Positions 40,601 to 49,600 of a stretch of 64,000 nucleotides of DNA are shown one piece after another; position 1 is the first letter of the stretch, and the number at the start of each line of letters is the position of its first letter. The position numbers were made by a program, and so were the translations under genes. This DNA is from a virus (taxonomy: Duplodnaviria; Caudoviricetes). Under the pieces are notes generated by a model. It was given only the letters and a program-made list of their open reading frames with translations, did no database searches and was not told the origin of the DNA. The stretch covers positions 1-64,000 of IMG/VR virus record IMGVR_UViG_3300031949_000016; one strand, 5' to 3'.

Positions 40601-43600
40601 CCTGACCGTCGTCGCCTTGAATGAATACCCGCCCATCGGCTTCCACTCTACCGCTGGCCGTTCCCGTGCCATACTTCCCGGTCTCCCGGTCAACCCACTC
40701 CAGCCGATTCCCGCGCTCGCCCAGCCGTGAACCTCGCACGTATGGCGACTCAATCAGTTCGACCTGTGCCAGTTTCCATCCATACTCGTCCGCATACGCC
40801 GTCATCGTTGACTTGCGTGCCGCGCCCAGCCGTGTCCCCATCAGCTCTTCAAAGTCACGCGCCCGTATCTCCCGCCACTGCTTCGTCGCATAGGGCTTAC
40901 TCGGCTCATCGCTCCACGCCACAACCGGATCGCCGTTCTCGTCCCACCGCACCACCTTCCCGATGTCGCCGTTGTTCCGCACGAACACCGGACGATCGGC
41001 CGCCAGGTTCGCCTCATCCCAACCCGTCAACCATTCCTTCCAGCCCTCGCTTGGCATCGTGCTCGGCGGCACCCGTGGCACGCCGCGCGCAAACGCACCC
41101 CGCCCGATCTCTCGTGCTGCCGCTACTGCAACATATCCCGTTGCGGCTTCGGCCTTCGTCACCAGAAACGGGTAATCCGCCAATACTTCGGCCGGAACAG
41201 GCAGACCTTTCTCAAGTGCATCCCCGACAGCCGCCTCGTGCTTCGCCAGCGTTAAGACTCTAGGATCATCGAACCCTTCGCCTTTTTCTAACCACCCGTC
41301 ACTACGACCACGCACATACTCAAGGGCTGCTTTTCTAAGTCGGGTCTCTCCCTCAGAGTCCTTGAATATATTCCACGGCTTAGATAGAAACTCGATCGCG
41401 CTCTGGCCTTTCTTAAGATTCTTTATTCCGCCGCCTAGTACCCTTGAAACCCACTCGGCCTTTTTAGTGGCGACTCTCTCAAGCCACGGTTCAGCCGTAG
41501 CTTCATCTGGCTTGATGTATCCGATCTCGACCAGCTTATCTCGGCCAATACCCGCTACCGAATCTTCCACTTTTGCCAACGCTTGCGCTTCTCTCTGCTT
41601 ACGAATGTCGCCCTGTAACCATTCATCACGCCTTATCTGCCACGGCTCTTTAGCCGCACCCGCCGCTACTTCCCCGCCGGTGGCAACACCACCTCCAAAT
41701 GCCCGCCCGCCTGCGCCAACCCCTGCGCCTTCAACTGGTTCAACCATTCCACCAGGTCGTTCCCCTCTGGCGCTGCGTTCTCCGCTGGCAATTCGGGCGG
41801 CTTTGTCGGCGGCAAGTCCTGCTTCGGCAATGGTCGCATCTGTCCCGTACCCATAACTGAACCTCACTCCCGTTGCTTCGTGCGTGCTCCCGTCGGGATT
41901 CACCCAACGGACTGTGGCATGATTCAATCGGTCGCGCACCCGCTGCATCGCGGCCTGCGCCTCATCCACATTATCGAACTGCGCGTAAAACTCGTCGCCT
42001 GAAATATGATAGGTTTCAATCCCTTCCTCACGCAGCGCCTGCGCCTTCGCCCGCAGCAGCGCATCGCCGGCCCCGTGCCCGAAGGTATCGTTCACCCACT
42101 TCAACCCGTCGACGTCAGAATGGACCTGAATCGCGCGCTTGGCCACCAGGTGATAAGCCGTCACGCTCGGCGCATTGCTCACCGGATTCACCAATATCTG
42201 ATCCCGAAGTATCTGGATAGCCTCGGCCCGATCCGCAGTAGTCATCTCATCGATCGACGCTCGCAACGCCACGTCCACCCGCTTGTTATCGACCACCACC
42301 GGCACCAGATCGGATTGAACTGGCTTCACCCAACGTCGTTGAGCCTTCTTCTCAAGAACTGGATAATCCGCTAGAACCTCGGCAGGAACTGGTCGCCCGT
42401 CATCAATGGCCTTATTGACAGAACCCGCGTGTATTTCCTTGAAGTGCTCGATCTCTGTTTTTCTATCCTTTGTATCAAGGATGTCTGGACGGTCCCTGAA
42501 TCTCTCAAGTTCTTCTTGCCAGCTATCCAACGCATATTCATCGCGCCGAATCTCCCACGGCGCTTTAGGCTTGACGAAGGTTGCTGGCACAGGTGCCACC
42601 TCACCAAACATCGGCCCCGCTTCCCTTTGCGGCTTTGCCCCTTTGCGTGAGACCGCCCCAAACTCCGGCCGCGTCTCAAACCCCGGCAATCGCTCAACCG
42701 GCACAGCCTCAGCCGGCGCAAACGACTCGACCACCCCACGCCGGCCAGCCCCGCTCACCAATGGCAAATCCTCGCCCAGCGGGAACATCGCAGCCTGTTG
42801 AGGCGATGTCCTGAACGCCTCCGCCCGCATCTGCTGGAACTGCGCCGCCACCTGCTCCGGTGCCTGAACCACCTCCGGCGCAACGACTGGCTCTGAAACA
42901 ATCCCCGTCCTCTGGGGGGACGGTTTCATAGCCTCAATCTCCGCCGGCGTACTCGCCACCGCCGTAATATCCTTGCGTGGCACCGTGATCTCGCGCCCGC
43001 TATCCAGCACCAGCTTCGCCCGGCCCGGCGTGAATACGTCAATCACCTTCCCGATCTCGTCCAGCCCCGTCACTGCCACATGCGCGCCGATCAGCGATCC
43101 GTCGCTTACGTCCGGCCCCGTGAACAAATCCGGGAACTTACGCTTGAGATTCGGATACTGCCCGTCCATCACCTCCGCTCGCACCGCTACCACCTGCTCC
43201 AGATCGACCGCATCCCCGCGCCTGAACGCATCCAGCAGCGCACCCTCATACGTCATCCCCGTCTGCATCATCCTGCCGCCGCTGTCGAATGTTCCCGTAT
43301 CCATCAACGGCGACACAATCGCCAGCACGGGGAAGCCGGCCTGCTTCGCCGCCGCCAAACGACGATGCCCATCCGTTACCACATGCCCGCCGTCGATGTG
43401 TTCCACCACACGAATTGGCGGAGCGTTCCTGCCTTCTCTCAGCCACGCCGCGTATCGATCCGCATCCCATCCACGACCCTGTTCGTTGCCTTCGACCATG
43501 TGCTCGGTCGGCCGCAGCGTATCAGGATCAAGCAAGCGCACCTGCTCGATCTCGTGCCCGTATATTCCGCCATACGCATCGTCAATCACCCACTGCCCAG

Positions 43601-46600
43601 GTCGCAGCGGCAGCCGCTCGAACACCGTGCTCGGCACCGTCTTGCTCGACGCAAGGATACTCTCACCCTGCACATACTGACCGGAGTAGGCCGACCGATA
43701 GTCGCTCTGCTTCACGAACTGATCGACCCGCAGTCCGTGCGGTACATTCGTCATCGGATACGCCGGCTCGACTTCCGTCAGCAGCCGGTCATACACCGCC
43801 CGCATCTCCGGCGTTAAGTTGATGTCGATGTCCGTACCCTTGATGCGCTTGTAGACCTCGACCAGCCACTTCTTGAACCGCTCAAACAACTGCCTTAACT
43901 GTGGCGTCGGCGCGTACCCGTCCACCATGTACCGCTCGAACCCGCGCGCCCACTCCTCCTGTGCCCCGTTATCCAACCCCATGCGGATCGCCTGACTGCG
44001 TTCAGTCCCCTGCCCCACGATCTCCCCACGCCGATTACTCACAACCGTCACGCCATCGCGCTCGACTGCTTCCCATCCTGTCGGCAACGTGTCGCTATTC
44101 GCCACGATGCGCCCATCCACCAGCGCCACATCCAGGCCGTGCTCCGTTTTCAGCCAATCTCGGAATGTCCCAACGTCATCCAATGCCTGCTTGCTCACGT
44201 GGCTCGCATCGTACAAATCATACAGGAATCCATGCGCCGCCTCGTGCACGAACGACGATGTATCCCGCGCCTCAAAACCCCGTATCGTCCGCTGCCACCC
44301 GTCCACCAACTCAAACGCCGCCTTCGGCGCCCTGCCCCCTCTCCCTTCGAGGGAGAGGGCCGGGGTGAGGGTGGGTTCCATCTGGAACAACGGCGTCCCA
44401 TACTGATCCGTCAATCCCCGCGCCGCCGGATACTTCTTCGCCTCCTCCACCACCGCATTCAACCGATCGATCTGCTCTGGCGTCTTCTCCGGCCACGCCG
44501 ACGGACTCACGAACCGGCCACTCTTGATCGCCTGATCGACCTCAGCCTGTGTAAACCCAGTCTCGCTCGCCCACTGTGCAAATTTCTCAGGCCCTATCGC
44601 CCGTGGCGCTTCGCCAATGACACCCGCCCACAGAGAATAAAATTCCTCGGCCGGCAAGTCAAACGTCCGGCTCCATACCCCCGCCTGTGCATCCATCAAC
44701 GCCATCAACGCCGCCACCTTATCCCCGTAGTCCGGCGTCGCCGCGTCATACCACTTCGCCGCCACCTCGTCAGCAAACCGTTGCCGTGTCCATGCCGGCG
44801 CAGCCGCAGGACCATCACCCGGCAGCGGAGCCACCAACTCCGCCGCCGCCACATTCACATCCGCATCCGCCTGCACCACCTTCGCCACCTGATCCGTAGC
44901 AGACAGAGCGCCATCGGCCAACCGCTTCGCCGCGTCCGTCTCAGCCATCTTGCGCGCGACGTCCGCCCGCCGCGCCTCGAGCCGCATGTTCATTGACTCG
45001 ACTGCCTCCGTCAATGGCACCTCCGCCGCCGTCCCGTAAGGATCAAGCCCCTTCACCTTCCTGTCCTTATTCACAGCCCGCAGCAACCCCTGCACCCCCC
45101 GATCCCAGCCCGTCGCCTTCAACGCCGCCCGATCCATATTCGCCAACACCGGCACCGGCCTAACCGCAGTCGTACCAGCCGACAATATCTCATTGGCCCG
45201 CAGCGGCGTCATGGCATTGACGACATCGCTTGTGTAACCAAGATCGTACAGCCGTTGTCGCATATCGCGCGTGATCATCACCGGCACGCGCGCTTCCCCC
45301 TCTGCGCGCATCTGTGGACTAACCATCTCCTCCGCCAGCGCCGCATCCTGTGCCGCCCGCAACTCCTCCGGCGGTATCGCCTCCGCCCTCTCAATCGGCG
45401 GTTGACCCGCGGCTGCCCGCGCCGCGTTCACATCCGGCAACACCTCCACCGGCGTCGGCACGTGCACCGGCGCAGGTCCAACCGGCGCGCGCTCAGGCGC
45501 GAACGGCGTCCGCCCGTTCACCGTCTCAAAATCCGTAGTAACGACTTTAGTCGTTTCTATCCCCGGCTTAATCGGCATCACCTCCATCACCCGATGCCGC
45601 GCCTCCATCCCCTGAATCATAATCATTCGCCGCCTGGTCGTCCGTTCCTTATTGAACGCCAGCCAGCGTTGGCCCTTGATCTTTCGACCCTTCACATCCT
45701 TCATCGAATCGCGGAACGCCGCCACCGCCCGCATATCCTCGTCGTTGAACTTCCTGACTGTCTCGCGCCAGTTCGCAAACGCATCGCCCGTCGTATCCCC
45801 GAACGCCCGCTTGAACTCCGCCGACAAATACGCATCGACCCTAGTGTTGATCGCCAGTTGATCATCGGCCAACTGCGTATACAGATTGTTGAGAACGTTC
45901 TGCGTCTGAATCCACGCCTCGTCTGTGCGCTTGTCCGCGAAGAACTGCGCCAGAATCTTGTTGCGTTCACCGATGAACGTCTCGACTCTCGCCCGCTTAT
46001 CGCGCGCCGCCGTCAGCCAGTTATCGCTCAAATTCAAGCCGGCGTCCTTCATGCCCGTCTCGATGCCCCGGTACACCGCGTCCTCATAGTCGAAGTATGT
46101 CTTCCAACTCTGAGCATCCTTCTCCCGCAATTGCTCGATCATGAAATCGCGCAGCGGCTTCTTAGGCTGCTGCTCGATCTTCGCCCACTCCTCGTCATGC
46201 CGCAGCATCGTATACGCATACGTATCAAACAGCCGCGTCTCAATCCCGTCGATGGAATCCAGCGCCGCGCCCACATCTCCGGCCTTAATCGCTTCCATCG
46301 CGTGCGCGCCGAACTGCTCCGCCTCAACCTGCGCCGCCTCGTTCACCGATTGTTCGCCACGCGCCCGAACGTTATCGAACGCTTTTCGAATGTGGCCGTC
46401 GGTCGGCTTGTCCGGCAACTTACCCAGTTCGTCGTTGATCACCTGATCCAATCCGTCAATCGACAACAGCCGTGTGATCTCGTCGTCGGCCAATCCCAGG
46501 TCACGCGCCACCTGTCCGATGTATTGGTGCAAGATCGGCTTCGGTGCCGCCGCAAAGATCGCTCCCCGGATCTCGCGCGGATTCGCCCCGGACTCGACCG

Positions 46601-49600
46601 CCGCATACACATACGCCGGATCGATCCCGAAGCCCCGTAACTGTCCTTCCAACTCCGGCGACATATAGTCGATCGCCTTCCCCCTCCGCCAGTTATGATT
46701 TCTGAAATCGAAGAAGCCCTTCACCACCGCCCGCGCCGATTGCCAGCGTTCCACCTTCTGCGCCGCCGCCGTCGCCGGCATCTTGCTAGAAATCTTATGC
46801 CCCAGTTCCGTGATCTTATGCACCAGATCGGTTTGCTGAAAGCCCGCCGTCAATTCCCGCTCACCAACCTTGTACGCCTTCACCCCCCACGCCTCGGCGT
46901 CGTTCAACTCGGACAAGTCTGCCGCACTCGCGCCGGCCCGCAGCCGTGATGGATCGAGTCCCATGTGCCGCATCCGCTCGATGCCGGCCTTCACGCCCGT
47001 CAAGCCCCACACCCCGCGCGCCATCATCGTCACTTCGCCGTTCCATACGTTGTTCATCAAAAAGCCCAGGTTCGGCCCCATCAACAGCGTACTCTCGACG
47101 GCCTTCACCGCGCCCGCCAACCGCTGCGCAAAGCCCGGCGGCTGCACCTGGAACGTCTTCGCCGCCCACAAACCCGTGTTCTCCAGGATGATGGAGAACA
47201 ACGCGGCCTTGTACTGCTCGTTATTGAACGGCACCATCCGACCATCTTTGTCCACTTCCTTAAACAACTTCTGGATGGCGACCAAATCGTCCGCCGTCGC
47301 ATCAGCAGCGCCAATCTTCAGACGCTCTCCCTTCGCCTTTGCCCCTTTGCCGCTTTGCGTGAGAACCTCAGCGTCCGCGAACTCGCGCAGAACCGCCTTG
47401 CCATCACCCGCCTTGATCCGTGCAAAGATACCCGCCGGCGTGTCATTCAACGCCCGCGCCGCAGTCTCGATCGCGCCGGCCTGCAATCGGCTGTTCTTGA
47501 AGCCGTCGAGCAGATCCGTGTACGACTCCGCCTCGCCCAGCGACCGCACATGCACCCGCCCCTCCAGCGTCTGCAAAGCGCCGACATACGCATCCCGCCC
47601 CGCGAAGTCCTTCGGTAGTTTGCTCGGATCAGACCCGATCGTAGACAGCACCGCCGCCGTGATCTTGTCGGCATACAGCGGATCGTTCACGTCCATCCGA
47701 TTGTTCAACTGTGACTGCCAGAAGTTGAGGCTCTGGTGCATGTTCTCCTTCGCCTCGCTCATCGGCTCCAGCGTGAACAGCCCCTTGATGCCCTTCGTCT
47801 CGGCGTATGTCCCTGTCTCCGCCAACTTCGCCATCGTCTTGCCCACGTACAACTTCTGTAACCAATTCAGATCGCGCGCCGCCACGAAGTCGGACCGGAA
47901 CGGGATCTCGCTCGTGATGATCCTTCGATAATTCTCCAGCGTCTTCACCAGCCCGCCGGTGTAGGCGATGGTGGGAAACGGGAACTTATCCATCTTCAAC
48001 CGATGCGGCGTCGCTGATAGCGCCTTCGCCATCGCCTCGTCTTTCGCAAAGCGTGCGTACAACTTCAATGCGCCCCGCTGCCCCGCGCCGATGAAGTTCA
48101 GCGGATCGAGCGTGATGTTCAGCGCCAGATCGCGGATCTGCCCCGGCGCTCCGAACGTCGCCGCGGCCAGTGCCTTCACCTGCTCCGGGTTCGCGCCGTT
48201 GATGATCTGCTGCCGTGCCCACGCAATCGCATTCACGCCTGGCATCGGTGCCGGTCCAGTGTCCCAGTCCACGAACTGCGCGTTATCCTGCCAGCCCCCC
48301 CACGGCGTATACGCCGGCTTGCCTTTCACGATCGCATCGGCCAAGTGCTCCACGCCGAACACGCCGCGCACGTCGATGTTCGCCGCCGTGTACGTCAACT
48401 CCGCCGCATTCCACGCCGCCGCCAGGTTCTCCCCGAACGATTTGCTCTTATCAAATCCATACTGCTGAGGATTGACCAGCGACGCAATTCCCTGCACACC
48501 CGTGCCGATCAATCGTTTGGCCGTCTCAGCCGGCGCGTTCAATACCGTCAACGCCACGCCCGGCAGTGATTGATCGTATGCTCGCTTCGCCGACGCCAGT
48601 TCTTCCGCTGTCTTTGCCGTCTCCTGCATTTGCCGCATCTGCTCGTTCTGGATCAACATCCCGATCGTGCCAGCCGCCCCACCGAGCGCCGCGCCCAGCG
48701 GCCCTAAGATCGCCCCTCCCACCAGCGCCGCCGGCAAGCCACCCTGCAGCGCCGATTGGCCCAGCTGTACCCACGGGTTGCCCATCAGCCGACCGAACCC
48801 GCCCCGCATCGTTGATTCAGGATCCCCCTCCGGCATCCCGAACTGCTGCCCCTGTGGTTTCCCAACCTCCTCCGGTGTCGTCAGCGGCGTCATGCTCACC
48901 ATCGGATTCAGCACGATGCGCCGATAAACCTTGCCCTTCTCCCGCCGATACTCGATGTTCCAATCCTGCCCCGGCGTGCCAGGGTCGATCACGAATCCGC
49001 CCTGCTCGTCCAGCGTCTGGAACGGTGAGTAGGGCGCGTATGCTTGCGCCTCCTGATCGGTAGTCGTAGTCGTCGGCGCTTGCAATCCCATCCTCGTCGC
49101 CGGATTGACCACGTTCGCAATCTGCATGATGCCCGTTACTTCCTCTCCCTTGTAGGGAGAGGGTTGGGGTGAGGGTGTTTCCGCAATCGCCAACTTCGGC
49201 GCAGTCGGCATAGTCGAAGACACCAGTTTTTGCGGTGCCGGTGCCTTAATCCCCAGCATCTTGAACTGTGGTGCCGCCGCCATCCGCTGCCCGAACGTCT
49301 CCCACGCCGGCCGCACCGCCTCGACCGCCTTCATCACCTGCTGGTATCGGGTCAGGCTTTCCTTGTCCGGCATCACGTACAACTTACCGTCGTCCCTGAT
49401 CTCGACCTTCGACTTGGCAAAGTTCAACCACGTCGGCGCACGCTGCCGCACGTCCAGCGGTTGATGTGGAACCTTCAACGATTCCCACAGACGGCGCGAT
49501 TGATCCGGCGTAATATCCGGTGGCGCGATCACGCGATCAGTCGTCTTAGGTTTGATCGGGATGAACTTCCAACGAGGTACAGGATTCGGATTGATCGGTG

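Noticed and set aside
10648-46640. Long plus-strand ORFs (e.g. 10648..12216, 16446..17591, 19325..20548, 29055..30413, 45255..46640)
   Set aside because: R/H/P-rich antisense translations that arise because GC-rich coding strands lack stops; no motifs or RBSs.
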